Shown: positions 10,334 to 20,863, numbered from the stretch's first letter. The stretch: DNA of 64,000 nucleotides from a bacterium (GCA_046331705.1 JAXLQJ010000017.1:62001-126000); one strand, 5' to 3'. The notes: generated from the letters alone by a model not told the origin. Numbers and translations are program-made.

Positions 10334-10415
10334 GCAGGCGAGTTTTCCACGCGCGGGCCATGCGATGATACTCGCAGTGGACGCACGATCGAGCGACGAC
10401 GATCCTCGCCGTGAC

Positions 10416-12296
10416 ATGCGCGGCGGGACGCCGGCGTCGAGCAGGGCCCCTTGGCTCGGCATGGCGCTCTTCGCTCTCGGCTACTTCGCGTCGGCCGAGA
10501 TCGGCCACCTGCTCTCGATTCATGGCGACGAGCTCGGACAGTCGTTCGCCACGCTCTGGCCGCCGAGCGGCCTCTACGTCGCCGCGCTGCTGCTCGCCGA
10601 GCGGCGCCACTGGCCCGCGCTGGCGCTGGTCGCGCTGCTCGCCAACTCGGGATCCGACGTTCTCGTCCACGCACAAACGCCGCGATTGAGCCTCGCATTT
10701 TGGTGCGCGAACACCGTCGAGGCCGCCGTCGGCGCGAGCCTGGTGCGACGTTTCTTCGGCGCCCCGTTCATCGAATGGGGCGTGCGGCACGTGCTGGGGT
10801 TCGCCGCGCTCTCGGTGGGACTGGGGGCCGCGGCTGCGGCGCTCCTCGGCGCCACGGCGCTGGTGCGGACGCTCGGCGGCGATCTCGGAACCGCCTTCGC
10901 GGTGTGGTGGTCGAGCGCCGCGATCGGGCAGCTGGTGGTGGCGCCGGCGGTGCTCGCGTTCCACTCCCGCGTGCAAAAGCTCGCCACCACCACGATCCCG
11001 CCGCTGCGCGTCGTGGAGGGCTGTGTGCTCGCGGTGGTGCTGGCGCTCCTGGCGGAGCTCGTCTTCGGCCAGCAGTCGCGCCCCATCGCCTTCGCCGTGT
11101 TTCCGGTGATGATGCTCGCGGCGCTGCGCTTCGAGATCGCCGGAGTCGCCTTCTCCACCACCATCCTCGCGAGCATCTGCATCGTGAACACCGGCGCTGG
11201 GCGCGGGCCGTTCGCCGCGGCCACCGCATCGATCCCGGAGCGCGTGGTGCTCGCCCAGAGCTTGCTCAGCCTGGCGGCCTTCTCGTCGTTGGTGCTGGCC
11301 GCCGCGGTCCGCGAACGGCGCCGCGCCGAGGCCGCTAGCCGCGCCGACGAGGCGCGCTATCGCGACCTGTTCGAGAACATGCGCGAGCTGGTGCAGATCG
11401 TGCGCCGCGATGGCTCGCTGGTGCAGGTCAACCATGCGTGGCAGCGCGTGCTCGGCTACGGCGACGCCGAGCTCGGGCGGCTCGACGTCTTCGACGTGAT
11501 CCATCCGGAGGACCGGGACCACTGTGCCAAGCTGCTCGAGCGCGTGCTCGCGGGCGAGGACGTGGGGCGCATCCAGGCGCGCTTCGTCGCCAAGGACGGG
11601 CGCGTCGTCGAGGTGGACGGCACGAGCCGGCGCCACCTGCACGGCGATCTGGAGGCGCTCAGCCAGGCGGTCTTCCGCGACGTCACCGAGGAGCGCGCCC
11701 GCAGTCGCGAGCTCGAGCGAGCCCAGCAGGACCTCGAGCGCGCCAATCACGAGCTACGGCGGCTGGCGGCGACCGACGCGCTCACCGGCCTCAACAACCG
11801 CGGTGCGTTCGAGGAGCATCTGCCGCGCGAGATCAACCGCGCCTTCCGCTACGCGACCGCGCTGTCGCTGGTGATCCTCGACGTCGACCACTTCAAGCTC
11901 TTCAACGACCGTTTCGGACACTCGGCGGGCGACGACGTGCTTCGCACCGTGGCGCGCATCGTGCGCGCGACTGCACGGGCGACCGACTTCGTCGCGCGTT
12001 ACGGCGGCGAGGAGCTCGTCGCCATCCTGCCTCACACCGACGAGGTGGGGGCGCTGGCACAAGCGGAGCGCTTCCGCGAGGCGGTCGCGGGCTGGGCATG
12101 GACGCTTCGGCCGATCACGGTGAGCGTCGGCGTGGCGACCCTCGCGACCGACCCGATGGAACCCGGGCTGCTCGTGGCGCTCGCGGATCAAGCGCTCTAC
12201 CGCGCCAAGCAAGCGGGGCGAAATCGCGTCGAGAGCGCGGGGCGCGCCTCGCAGCTGGCGAGCCCGTTCAACGCCGCGACGCCCGATCGCCCCTGA
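10416..12296 (+). CDS. MASE1-PAS-GGDEF diguanylate cyclase
   Basis: TLWPPSGL plus multiple TM helices (MASE1); PAS (YRDLFEN...IHPEDR); DALTGLNNR, DVDHFKLFNDRFGH, RATD I-site, GGEEL. Start uncertain (10416 or 10461). Confidence 0.9.
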   Translation: MRGGTPASSRAPWLGMALFALGYFASAEIGHLLSIHGDELGQSFATLWPPSGLYVAALLLAERRHWPALALVALLANSGSDVLVHAQTPRLSLAFWCANTVEAAVGASLVRRFFGAPFIEWGVRHVLGFAALSVGLGAAAAALLGATALVRTLGGDLGTAFAVWWSSAAIGQLVVAPAVLAFHSRVQKLATTTIPPLRVVEGCVLAVVLALLAELVFGQQSRPIAFAVFPVMMLAALRFEIAGVAFSTTILASICIVNTGAGRGPFAAATASIPERVVLAQSLLSLAAFSSLVLAAAVRERRRAEAASRADEARYRDLFENMRELVQIVRRDGSLVQVNHAWQRVLGYGDAELGRLDVFDVIHPEDRDHCAKLLERVLAGEDVGRIQARFVAKDGRVVEVDGTSRRHLHGDLEALSQAVFRDVTEERARSRELERAQQDLERANHELRRLAATDALTGLNNRGAFEEHLPREINRAFRYATALSLVILDVDHFKLFNDRFGHSAGDDVLRTVARIVRATARATDFVARYGGEELVAILPHTDEVGALAQAERFREAVAGWAWTLRPITVSVGVATLATDPMEPGLLVALADQALYRAKQAGRNRVESAGRASQLASPFNAATPDRP

Positions 12297-12320
12297 GCAC
12301 CCGCCGCGAGGTGGCGGCGT

Positions 12321-13301
12321 TCACGCGCGCGGCGGCGCGTTCGCGGCCGGTGCCGCGACCACCCGATTGCGCTGCTCGCCCAGGTCGAGCCGGCCATCGG
12401 GCGTCCGGATGCGGCTCGTCACGACGTCCCCGGGGCGGAGGTAGCGCGCGCTGCGCTCCTGGGAGCGCACGAACAGCTTCCACCGCAACGGCTCGGGCAG
12501 CAGATTCGCCACCCACCGCGACGCGGCCCCGGGGATCGCGAGCGCGACTCCGCCCGGGGTGCCGGTGGCGATCACGTCCCCGGGTGCGAAGTCCTGCAAG
12601 CCCGAGAGCTCGGTCAACGTCGCCGCCGGACCGAACAGCAGGTCCGCGACCCGACCGTGCTGGCGGGTCTCGCCGTTGACCGCGAGCGAGAGCTCGAGGT
12701 CGCCGAGGCACGCGAAATCCTCGCGATCGAGCAGCGTGAGCCAGGGCCCGGTGGGCGCGAAGCTGCGGTAGCTCTTGCCCTTGTAGAACTGCGATTGCGG
12801 GATCTGGACGTCGCGCGCGGAGACGTCGTTGAGGATCGCCACCGCGGCCACCAGCTCCGGCAGGCGCTCCGCGGTGACGTCGAGCGGGCCGTCGATCGCG
12901 CGGCCGACGACGAGCGCGAGCTCGATCTCGTAGTCGAGAAGCCGCACGTGCGGCGGCCGCACGATGTCCGCGCTCGCCGCGCTCAACGAAGACGACGCCT
13001 TGCGGAAGAACATGTTGAAGGTCTGCCGGCGCGGGTCTTGGCCGATCTCGGCCAGGTGGCTCCGATAGTTCATCCCCTGACAGACGAGCTGCTGGTTGGA
13101 GGTGATCGGGCAGAGCACCTCCACGTCACCGAGCGGATGAACGGCGGGCGCGCCGGCCAAGGCACGGGCCCGCTCGGCGCCTCGCAGGATGAAGTCCCCA
13201 GTGGTCGCGAAATCGCCGGGAACGGGCACGATGCCGTCGCCGCGGACGACGCCGAATCCGACGACGTCGCCCCGTCGATAGCGCACGGTGTTGATCGCCA
13301 T
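12321..13301 (-). CDS. Fumarylacetoacetate hydrolase family protein
   Basis: CQGMNYRSH, FFRK, LDYEIEL, NDVSARDVQ, GKSY, PTGP, DVIATGTPGG. Confidence 0.9.
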   Translation of the reverse strand: MAINTVRYRRGDVVGFGVVRGDGIVPVPGDFATTGDFILRGAERARALAGAPAVHPLGDVEVLCPITSNQQLVCQGMNYRSHLAEIGQDPRRQTFNMFFRKASSSLSAASADIVRPPHVRLLDYEIELALVVGRAIDGPLDVTAERLPELVAAVAILNDVSARDVQIPQSQFYKGKSYRSFAPTGPWLTLLDREDFACLGDLELSLAVNGETRQHGRVADLLFGPAATLTELSGLQDFAPGDVIATGTPGGVALAIPGAASRWVANLLPEPLRWKLFVRSQERSARYLRPGDVVTSRIRTPDGRLDLGEQRNRVVAAPAANAPPRA

Positions 13302-13316
13302 GGTCTCCTCGCCGTC

Positions 13317-15002
13317 TCAGCCGAGCACGCGCTCGAGGGCTTGCCGGATCGCCGCGCGCGGGTCGGCGACCGACGAGCGGCTGCGCCACGCCACGTGCCC
13401 GTCGGGACGGACCAGGATGGCGCCGTCGCGCTCGATCTCGCGCACCCGCTCCCAGTGACCGTCCGGGTCCCGGATGTCCCCGCCGATCGCGACCGACGTG
13501 AGCCACGCATGCCCGAGGGCGGCGACCGCTTCCGACCAGGCAGGGGCGGACGCATCGCTGACCAGCGTGAATCGATCGTAGCCGAGCAAGTCGAGGCTCG
13601 AGATCCGTCGGCCATCGCGCTCGAGCCAGGCATGGGGCAGGCGCGCGCCTGGCCGCGTCGTGGGCACGAAGTCGCGCACCGGGCTCGCGCCCATCGGTCT
13701 CGCCGAGCCATCGGGAACGACGGCGCCGCGCTCGTACGAGAAGCCGATCTGCAACGCCAGCATGTCGAAGTGGTCTTGCTGGCTCGCCAGGCTCGCGGCG
13801 AGCCGCTCGCGATCCGGCCCGGGCGCGCGCAGCGCCGCGACGCGCTCCCCGTCGTGCTTGGGCTCGCCGTTCAAGCCGGCAGCCTCCACCACGTCCATCA
13901 GCTTCACGGCGTTCGTGAAGCTCTGCTCGGCGTTGCGCTCCGCCACCGGACGGCGTTCGGCCTCGTAGGTGTCGAGCAACGCGGGCGCGGCGCGGCCTTC
14001 CTCCACCGCGCGGATCTTCCAGACCAGGTTGTGCGCGTCCTGGACGCCGGTGTTGAGGCCGAGCCCGCCGCTCGGCGGGAAGCGGTGCGCTGCATCCCCC
14101 AGCAAGAACACGCGGCCGGAGCGATAGCGCTCCGCGACCTGCGCGGTCATGGTCCAGGTGCTGACCGTCTTCACCTCGAGCGGCACGTCGTCGCGGCCGA
14201 GCGCGCGCCACACGATCGCGCGGCAGCGCGCCTCACCGAAGTCGGCCAGCGTCTCGGCGTCGGGATCGTACGGGTGCATGAACACCCAGGTGCGGTCGAT
14301 CTCGTGCGCCACGAACGCGCCGGTGGCGGTGGGATCGAGCACCCAGTAGAGGATCGCGGGTCGCTCGGCGACCAGCGGGCGCAGCGCGGCCTCGAAGTGG
14401 ATCATCACGAAGCTCTGGATCCGCTCCGGTCCCATCAGCTCGATGCCGTGCCGGGCGCGGACGCGACTGCCCGCGCCGTCGCAGGCGAGGAGGTACTTCG
14501 AGCGGATCGAGTACGTGACGTCGCGCGCCAGGTCTCGCACCGTGGAGGTCACGCCGCCCTCGTCGGGCTCGCATCCCTCCCATTGGTGGAGTCGGTGCAA
14601 GCGCGCGCGGCTCTCGCGCCGAAGCCGTTCGAGCAGGATGGGCTCGAAGAGATGCTGCGAGAGGTTGGCGATGGGCGTCGGCGTCACGTCGAGGACTCCG
14701 TCGTCCTGACGCTCGTAGGGGAGGCTGCCGAGCTCGTGACCGGCGAGCGTCGTCACCCAGCGCACGCGTCCGCCGTCCGCTGCCGGCGTGGCGCGCGCGC
14801 GGATGGCGTCCATGTCCACGCCCAGCGCGCGACAGATCTCGAGGGTGCGCGGATTCACGACGTGGGCTTGCGGTGCCTGGTGCGGCCCGTCGCGCCGCTC
14901 CACGATCCACGCGTCGATGCCCTGCTGGGCGAGCAGGATCCCAGCGGCGAGCCCGACCGGGCCCGCGCCCACGATCAGCACGGAAACGTCGATCTCTCGC
15001 AT
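13317..15002 (-). CDS. FAD-dependent aromatic monooxygenase (PheA/TfdB-like)
   Basis: ATG 15002; VLIVGAGPVG, ACDGAGSRVR, LLGDAAHRFPPSGGLGLNTG, PGARLPHAWL, LVRPDGHVAWR. Confidence 0.9.
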   Translation of the reverse strand: MREIDVSVLIVGAGPVGLAAGILLAQQGIDAWIVERRDGPHQAPQAHVVNPRTLEICRALGVDMDAIRARATPAADGGRVRWVTTLAGHELGSLPYERQDDGVLDVTPTPIANLSQHLFEPILLERLRRESRARLHRLHQWEGCEPDEGGVTSTVRDLARDVTYSIRSKYLLACDGAGSRVRARHGIELMGPERIQSFVMIHFEAALRPLVAERPAILYWVLDPTATGAFVAHEIDRTWVFMHPYDPDAETLADFGEARCRAIVWRALGRDDVPLEVKTVSTWTMTAQVAERYRSGRVFLLGDAAHRFPPSGGLGLNTGVQDAHNLVWKIRAVEEGRAAPALLDTYEAERRPVAERNAEQSFTNAVKLMDVVEAAGLNGEPKHDGERVAALRAPGPDRERLAASLASQQDHFDMLALQIGFSYERGAVVPDGSARPMGASPVRDFVPTTRPGARLPHAWLERDGRRISSLDLLGYDRFTLVSDASAPAWSEAVAALGHAWLTSVAIGGDIRDPDGHWERVREIERDGAILVRPDGHVAWRSRSSVADPRAAIRQALERVLG

Positions 15003-15013
15003 GACCCGCCCCC

Positions 15014-15454
15014 TCACGCCTGCCCGCGGCGAGCGCGGATCAGCAGGGCGATGGCGGCGCCGATCATGGCGGTGAAGATCGAGAACCCGAACACGTTCTC
15101 GTCCCAGCCGAAGATCTTCACGTGGATGCCCGGCACCGCGATCACGCCGACGTAGAGGGGGCACAGGAAGAACGCGATCCAGAACCCCGCGAGGTTGCAG
15201 CACTGCAGCGCCGCCGCGAGGTGGACGTCCCGCACGTCGCGGGGCCGGCGCAGCCACAGCAGGTAGAGATTCACCAGCCCGGAGGTGCCCATGAAGCCCA
15301 TCAGCCACACCAGGTGAACGCGGGCGTGGCCATCCCAGAACGGGTTCATGAGATGGCTCACACCCGAGTCCCGAACGATGGGCCCGAAGAACTCGAGCGC
15401 GGTGAGCGTGAGCAAGACCCTCGCGATCCCCACCGGATCGCGTCCAGACAGCAT
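15014..15454 (-). CDS. Small membrane protein (DUF6640-like)
   Basis: GGAGG upstream; about 4 TM helices; HLMNPFWDGHARVH motif; first gene of the operon. Confidence 0.65.
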   Translation of the reverse strand: MLSGRDPVGIARVLLTLTALEFFGPIVRDSGVSHLMNPFWDGHARVHLVWLMGFMGTSGLVNLYLLWLRRPRDVRDVHLAAALQCCNLAGFWIAFFLCPLYVGVIAVPGIHVKIFGWDENVFGFSIFTAMIGAAIALLIRARRGQA

Positions 15455-15505
15455 TCCCACGGTTCCTCCGTCGTGCGGGCGGCAGTGCATGCGCCCCGCG
15501 TTGAG

Positions 15506-15521
15506 TTATTCACATGAATAA
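15506..15521. promoter_or_regulatory. TetR operator candidate TTATTCA-CA-TGAATAA
   Basis: Perfect palindrome in an AT-rich divergent region; degenerate second copy CTTGTCAAGTGAATAA at 15556-15571. Confidence 0.7.
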
Positions 15522-15594
15522 TTAAGCGCATCAGCAATACCGCCGCCGGAAGCAACTTGTCAAGTGAATAAGATTGACCTACGCTCGGATCGTC

Positions 15595-16323
15595 ATGGCC
15601 CCGCGCGTCCGTTCGAGAGCCACGGCCCGCGCGCGTGCGGGCGCGGCGGCGCCCGCGTTCGACCGCGGCGAGGAGACGCGCGGCCGCATCGTTTCCGCGG
15701 CACTCCACTCGTTCGCGGAGCGCGGCTTCGATGGCGCCTCCACCCGCGAGATCTCCGGCCTGGCGGGCGTGAACCAGGGGCTCATCACCTACCACTTCCG
15801 CAGCAAGGAAAGCCTGTGGAAAGCGGCCGTCGACTCGATGTTCGCGGAGCTGGCCCAGGAATTCGGCGAGCTCGCCAGCGAGATCAGCGCCGTCGACGTC
15901 CGCGAGCAGCTCCGCGAGCTGGTCGTCCGCTGGGTGCGCTTCGCCGCTCGTCACCCCGAGCAGATGCGGATCATGGTCCAGGAGGGCAAGGCCGACGGAC
16001 CGCGCCTGCGCTGGCTGGTGTCACGCCACCTGAAGGGCTTCTACGCGCTCTTCGAGGCGCTGGTCGCGCGCGCCCGAGCCGCCGGTCTCGTCGCCGTGGA
16101 CCTGCCCACCGCCCACCTCTATTACATCGTGATCGGCGCGGCCTCGACGATCTTCACGGCCGCCCCCGAGTGCAGACGACTCACGGGCCACGACCCCGAG
16201 AGCGAGGAGGCGATCGAGGCGCACGGCCGCGCCTTGGTCACGCTCTTGTTGGGCGCGCGACCCGAATCTACGGCGCCCGGTCGCTCCACGCTGCCGTCGA
16301 GCGCTGCTCGACGCCGTCGTTGA
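15595..16323 (+). CDS. TetR/AcrR family regulator
   Basis: [51 protein letters not shown]; divergent from the catabolic operon. Confidence 0.9.
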   Translation: MAPRVRSRATARARAGAAAPAFDRGEETRGRIVSAALHSFAERGFDGASTREISGLAGVNQGLITYHFRSKESLWKAAVDSMFAELAQEFGELASEISAVDVREQLRELVVRWVRFAARHPEQMRIMVQEGKADGPRLRWLVSRHLKGFYALFEALVARARAAGLVAVDLPTAHLYYIVIGAASTIFTAAPECRRLTGHDPESEEAIEAHGRALVTLLLGARPESTAPGRSTLPSSAARRRR

Positions 16324-17428
16324 AGATCGGCGTGGGCGGACGCTCGACGGAGGCCTCGACCGCCCCGACGTCGCAAAAGGCGCCCGGAATCCCGTCTCCG
16401 TCCACCGGTCGAGCGAGCCCCCGCTGATCCTTCGCGAGACAGGCGGGTGTGATGCCCTGATCCCGCGCCGCGCTGGATGGCGATGGCACCCGGGTGCGCG
16501 TCGGTCCACCGTGATCCGCGAGGGAGCCGAGCCCCAACGAGATCGACGACACTCCCGGATGATCGCTGGCCAGACCGAAGCCGCAGGTGTCTCCGGCCGA
16601 CTCGATGTTGCCTCCCTCGCTGTCGACGACGGCAGCGTTGAACGCGACACAGCTTCCCGCCACGATCGAGTTGGCGAACGCAACGGAGGTGCCGTCGCCC
16701 GTCGCGAACACGGCCGTGTCGTCGCCGCTCGCTCGCACGGTGCACTGCTGGCACGTGACCACGCTGCCACCGACGGCCTCGATCTCGTCGGCGTTCAGAT
16801 TCGAGTCGAGCGTCACGTTCTCGAGCGTCGCCGTGGACTGGACGATCGCCAGGCCGCCCCCGTCGTTGTCGGCGATCGTCGACTCGTGGACGATCAACGC
16901 GCCGAAGGCGGCGACCTGCACGCCGCCGGGCGGCACCCCCATCGGCGCGACGTTGCCCCGCACCTCGGAGCGCTCGAGCGTGAGCGTGCCGCCGCTGACG
17001 TTGATCCCCGCGGGGGCGGTCCCCGCTCCACCCCGAATGGTGACACCGTCGATTCGCACCGAGGTTCCGTCGCCCAGGATCTCGATCACCCGGTCGAGGC
17101 CCGCCGCATCGATGACGGTCATCGTGGCGCCTTGGCCGATGATCTCGAGGTCGTTCGTGATGTCCAGATCGCCGGTCAGCGCGGCGTTCTCGCTCGCACC
17201 GGCGCGGGCGAGCGTGTAGGTACCCGCGGACAAGAGGATGCGGTCCAACGAGCCGCCCTGGTTCGCGGCCCGGACGGCCTCGCGCAGCGAGCAGTCGATC
17301 GTCACGCAGAAATCGGGCGCGGGGTCCGAGTACGTGGTCACCCAGTAGTCCGTGGCTCGCGCGAGACCGGCGAACGACGGCCACGCCGCCAAGAGAACGA
17401 TCGCGGTGGCCCGCGAAATCCGATGCAT
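16268..17428 (-). CDS. Secreted CSLREA-domain / choice-of-anchor-Q protein
   Basis: ATG 17428 after GAGGGGG; signal peptide; [33 protein letters not shown]...CDVGAVE; C-terminal IFNDGVE...AAWS. Confidence 0.85.
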   Translation of the reverse strand: MHRISRATAIVLLAAWPSFAGLARATDYWVTTYSDPAPDFCVTIDCSLREAVRAANQGGSLDRILLSAGTYTLARAGASENAALTGDLDITNDLEIIGQGATMTVIDAAGLDRVIEILGDGTSVRIDGVTIRGGAGTAPAGINVSGGTLTLERSEVRGNVAPMGVPPGGVQVAAFGALIVHESTIADNDGGGLAIVQSTATLENVTLDSNLNADEIEAVGGSVVTCQQCTVRASGDDTAVFATGDGTSVAFANSIVAGSCVAFNAAVVDSEGGNIESAGDTCGFGLASDHPGVSSISLGLGSLADHGGPTRTRVPSPSSAARDQGITPACLAKDQRGLARPVDGDGIPGAFCDVGAVEASVERPPTPIFNDGVEQRSTAAWSDRAP

Positions 17429-17611
17429 GGCGCCCCCTCGCGGCCGCGAGCCTCGATTCGTGCCGCGCCGCTCGTCCGACGATACGCACACGGCCAAGCC
17501 GGCCCCAAACCGAGGGAATCCGCCGCTGGCCACGAACCGGACCGCGGCGTAGCCTGTGCGTCTCGCGTCGGGAACGGACGCGAGCGCCATCCACCGTCCG
17601 CGGCCACGATC

Positions 17612-18034
17612 GTGAAATCGCTCACCCGCTACCTCACGTTCCGGGTCCCGGAGCGGATGGACTTCGTGAACGTCACCCCCGACGTCGAGCAAGCCGTCGC
17701 CGAGAGCCAGATCGCGGAAGGCCTCTGTCTGGTGAACGCGATGCACATCACCGCGAGCGTCTTCATCAACGACGACGAGCCGGGGCTGCATCGGGACTAC
17801 AAGCGCTGGCTCGAGTGGCTGGCCCCCTTCGACCCCAGCCCCGAGCGCTACCAGCACAATCGCACCGGCGAGGACAACGGCGACGCCCACCACAAGCGTC
17901 AGATCATGGGCCGCGAGGTGGTGGTGGCGATCACCAAGGGCAAGCTCGACCTCGGACCGTGGGAGCAGATCTTCTACGGCGAATTCGACGGCAAGCGCCC
18001 CAAGCGCGTGCTGATCAAGATCATCGGCGAATAG
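17612..18034 (+). CDS. yjbQ: YjbQ family (secondary thiamine-phosphate synthase, UPF0047)
   Basis: GTG 17612; [39 protein letters not shown]. Confidence 0.9.
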   Translation: MKSLTRYLTFRVPERMDFVNVTPDVEQAVAESQIAEGLCLVNAMHITASVFINDDEPGLHRDYKRWLEWLAPFDPSPERYQHNRTGEDNGDAHHKRQIMGREVVVAITKGKLDLGPWEQIFYGEFDGKRPKRVLIKIIGE

Positions 18035-18059
18035 CCGCGCGCCGCGCGAGGCAGACCCC

Positions 18060-19265
18060 ATGACCTTCCAAGGTGTCGATTTCTACGACGTCGACTCGCT
18101 TCTCACCGACGACGAGCGCCAGGTGCGCGACACCGTCCGCCGCTTCGTCGACGACGAGGTGATGCCGATCATCGCCGCCCACTACCTCGAAGGGCGCTTC
18201 CCGAAGCAGCTCGTGCCGCGCATGGGCGAGCTCGGCGTGCTCGGCGCGAACCTGCCCACCGAGCACGGCTGCGCCGGGCTCGGCAACGTGGCCTACGGCC
18301 TCATCATGCAAGAGCTCGAGCGCGGGGACAGCGCGGTGCGCTCGTTCGCGTCCGTGCAAGGCGCGCTCGTGATGTACCCGATCCACGCGTTCGGCAGCGA
18401 GGCACAGAAGAAGGAATGGTTGCCCAGGCTCGCGCGCGGCGAGGCGGTGGGCTGCTTCGGGCTGACCGAGCCGGACTTCGGCTCGAATCCCGCCGGCATG
18501 ATCACCCGCGCCGAGCGCATCGCCAGCGGTTGGAAGCTCAATGGCACGAAGATGTGGATCACCAACGGGTCCACCGCGGACGTCGCCGTGGTGTGGGCCA
18601 AGACGGGCGCGCTCGACGACGCCAAGTCCATCCGCGGATTCGTCGTCCCCACCCGCACCCCTGGCTTCTCGGCGCGCGACCAGAAGGGAAAGCTCTCGCT
18701 GCGGGCGAGCGACACCAGCGAGATCCACCTCGAGGACGTGGTGCTACCCGAAGACGCGGTGTTGCCGAAGAGCGGCGGGCTCAAGAGCCCGCTCCAATGC
18801 CTGACCCAGGCTCGCTACGGCATCTCGTGGGGTGCTCTCGGCTCCGCGCTCGCGTGCTTCGACGAGGCGCGCGGATACGCCACCACGCGCGTGGCCTTCG
18901 ACCGGCCGATCGGTGCGTTCCAGCTCCAGCAGGCACGCCTCGCCGAGATGCTCACCGAGATCACCAAGGCGCAGCTCCTCTGCGTGCAGCTCGGCCGGCT
19001 CAAGGACCGCGGCACGATGACGCCGCAGCAAGTCAGCCTGGCCAAGCGCAACAACGTCGCGATGGCCACCGAGGTCGCCCGCGAGACCCGGCGGCTGCTC
19101 GGCGCGAACGGCATCCTGGTCGAGTACCAGGCCATGCGGCACCTGGCCAACCTGGAAAGTGTCTACACCTACGAAGGCACGCACGACGTGCACACGCTGA
19201 TCCTGGGCCAAGCCGTCACCGGTCTCGATGCGTTCGGCGCGAGCGTGGCTCCCGAGCGCCGATGA
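18060..19265 (+). CDS. Acyl-CoA dehydrogenase (glutaryl-CoA dehydrogenase-like)
   Basis: CFGLTEPDFGS, LNGTKMWITNG, KLSLRASDT, LESVYTYEGTHDVH. Confidence 0.9.
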   Translation: MTFQGVDFYDVDSLLTDDERQVRDTVRRFVDDEVMPIIAAHYLEGRFPKQLVPRMGELGVLGANLPTEHGCAGLGNVAYGLIMQELERGDSAVRSFASVQGALVMYPIHAFGSEAQKKEWLPRLARGEAVGCFGLTEPDFGSNPAGMITRAERIASGWKLNGTKMWITNGSTADVAVVWAKTGALDDAKSIRGFVVPTRTPGFSARDQKGKLSLRASDTSEIHLEDVVLPEDAVLPKSGGLKSPLQCLTQARYGISWGALGSALACFDEARGYATTRVAFDRPIGAFQLQQARLAEMLTEITKAQLLCVQLGRLKDRGTMTPQQVSLAKRNNVAMATEVARETRRLLGANGILVEYQAMRHLANLESVYTYEGTHDVHTLILGQAVTGLDAFGASVAPERR

Positions 19266-20863
19266 TCGATCCCAAGAAGTTCAAGCCGCTCCGATCCGTC
19301 GCGCTGTTGTCGCGCGAGGGCACGTCGAAGGCGGCGGAAGTCGTCGGCGTGAGCCGCGGTGAGCTGCTCGTCGAAGGCGTCGACGGCCTGCTCGAGGGGA
19401 CGCTCCTCAAGCTCCAGTTCAAGCTGCCCCACGTCCGCCAGGAGATGGTGGTGGACGTGCGCGTCATCGGCGAGATCGGCGACGGCACGCCCGCGGCGCC
19501 GCTGCTCACCCGGGTGCGGCTGGCCCGGGCCACCGAGGACGTGATGCGCGAGATCGACCGGTTCCTGGCGCGCGCGCCGGAATCGGCGGGCGCACCCGCC
19601 GCTCCCGCGCAGCCCCCGCCCGCCGCGGCGCCGGGCACGCACACCGGCGCGGGCGACGGGCCCAAGACGCTCGGCATCGGTGCGGTGGTGGGTGGGCGCT
19701 ACCAGATCACGGCGCAGCTCACGCCGGACTCGGCGTTTCTCGACTTCGAGGGCGTCGACCGCAGCACGGGCAACCCGGTGCTGTTGCGCGCGCTGCGCCC
19801 CGACCACCTGACCGACGAGGCCTGGCTCGAGCGTTTCCGTGAGCTCAACCTCGCCGCGCGCGCCATTCAGCACCCGCACGTGCTCCGGATCTTCGACTAC
19901 GTGTCCGAGTCCGGTCGCGAGGTCGTGATCACCGAGCACGCGCGTGGTCCGCGCCTGACCCAGCTGCTCAAGACCCGAGGGCCCTTCGCGCTCGAATCGC
20001 TGGGGCGACTGGCGAGCCAGGTGCTCGCGGGCCTCGCCGCCGTACGCGCCAAGAACCTGCCGTACGGGTGCATCCATCCGGGACGGGTGCGAATCGCCTC
20101 GGGCTTCAACGCGCGCGTCTCGGACCTCGCCGTGGCGCAGATGCTGCCCCTCGCGTGCATCGCCGCCGACGACGACGCGCTCGCCTACCTGCCGCCGGAG
20201 GCGCGCTTGGGCGCGGTTCCGACCGAGCGCGCCGAGGTGTTCTCGGTCGGCATGCTGCTCTACGCCGTGGCCATCGGCCGCACGCCCTTCAGCGCCGACG
20301 AGCGCGCTGGGCTCGAGATCCAGCCGGACCTGGAGCCCACGCCGCCGGGCGAATCGGACCCACCCGTTCCCGAGGTGCTGGTGTCGATCATCGAGCGCGC
20401 GATCGCGGTCGATCCGCTGGCGCGCTTTCCCACCCTCGGCGACCTCGCCGCCGAGCTGACGCCGCTCTTCGAGGACGCGCCGCAAGCCCGTCCCGCGCAG
20501 AGCCGCATCCTGGTCGTCGAGGACGATCCGAGCCTGCGCTATCTGATCGTCACGCTGCTGCGTTCGGCGGGCTACGACGTGCTGGTCGCCGAGAACGGCA
20601 TCGACGCGCTCGAGATCGCGTTCCGCGAGCCCCTCGATCTCATCTGCCTCGACATCCGCATGCCCCGCATGGACGGGTTCGAGGTCTGCATGGTGCTACG
20701 CTCGGACGAGCGCACCAAGAAGATCCGGATTCTGGTGATCAGCGTGGTGACCTCGCAGGATTCGGTGACGCTCATGGAGAGCCTGGGTGCGAGCGATTTC
20801 CTGCCCAAGCCCTTCGAGGAAGCGGACCTGTTGACCCGCGTCTCCACGCTCCTCGCGCGCTGA
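19262..20863 (+). CDS. Degenerate PilZ-like + Ser/Thr pseudokinase + receiver domain protein
   Basis: ATG overlaps upstream stop. PilZ-like barrel (GVSRGE, LKLQFKLP, REIDRFL); kinase fold with YLPPE and EVFSVGMLLY but no catalytic motifs; intact REC (VEDD, LDIRMP, KPF). Confidence 0.75.
   Translation: MIDPKKFKPLRSVALLSREGTSKAAEVVGVSRGELLVEGVDGLLEGTLLKLQFKLPHVRQEMVVDVRVIGEIGDGTPAAPLLTRVRLARATEDVMREIDRFLARAPESAGAPAAPAQPPPAAAPGTHTGAGDGPKTLGIGAVVGGRYQITAQLTPDSAFLDFEGVDRSTGNPVLLRALRPDHLTDEAWLERFRELNLAARAIQHPHVLRIFDYVSESGREVVITEHARGPRLTQLLKTRGPFALESLGRLASQVLAGLAAVRAKNLPYGCIHPGRVRIASGFNARVSDLAVAQMLPLACIAADDDALAYLPPEARLGAVPTERAEVFSVGMLLYAVAIGRTPFSADERAGLEIQPDLEPTPPGESDPPVPEVLVSIIERAIAVDPLARFPTLGDLAAELTPLFEDAPQARPAQSRILVVEDDPSLRYLIVTLLRSAGYDVLVAENGIDALEIAFREPLDLICLDIRMPRMDGFEVCMVLRSDERTKKIRILVISVVTSQDSVTLMESLGASDFLPKPFEEADLLTRVSTLLAR

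Noticed and set aside
3141-10414. Very long + strand ORFs (3141-6107, 6818-10414) opposite addAB
   Set aside because: Antisense shadows typical of high-GC coding DNA; no motifs, while the opposite strand has full AddA/AddB motifs.
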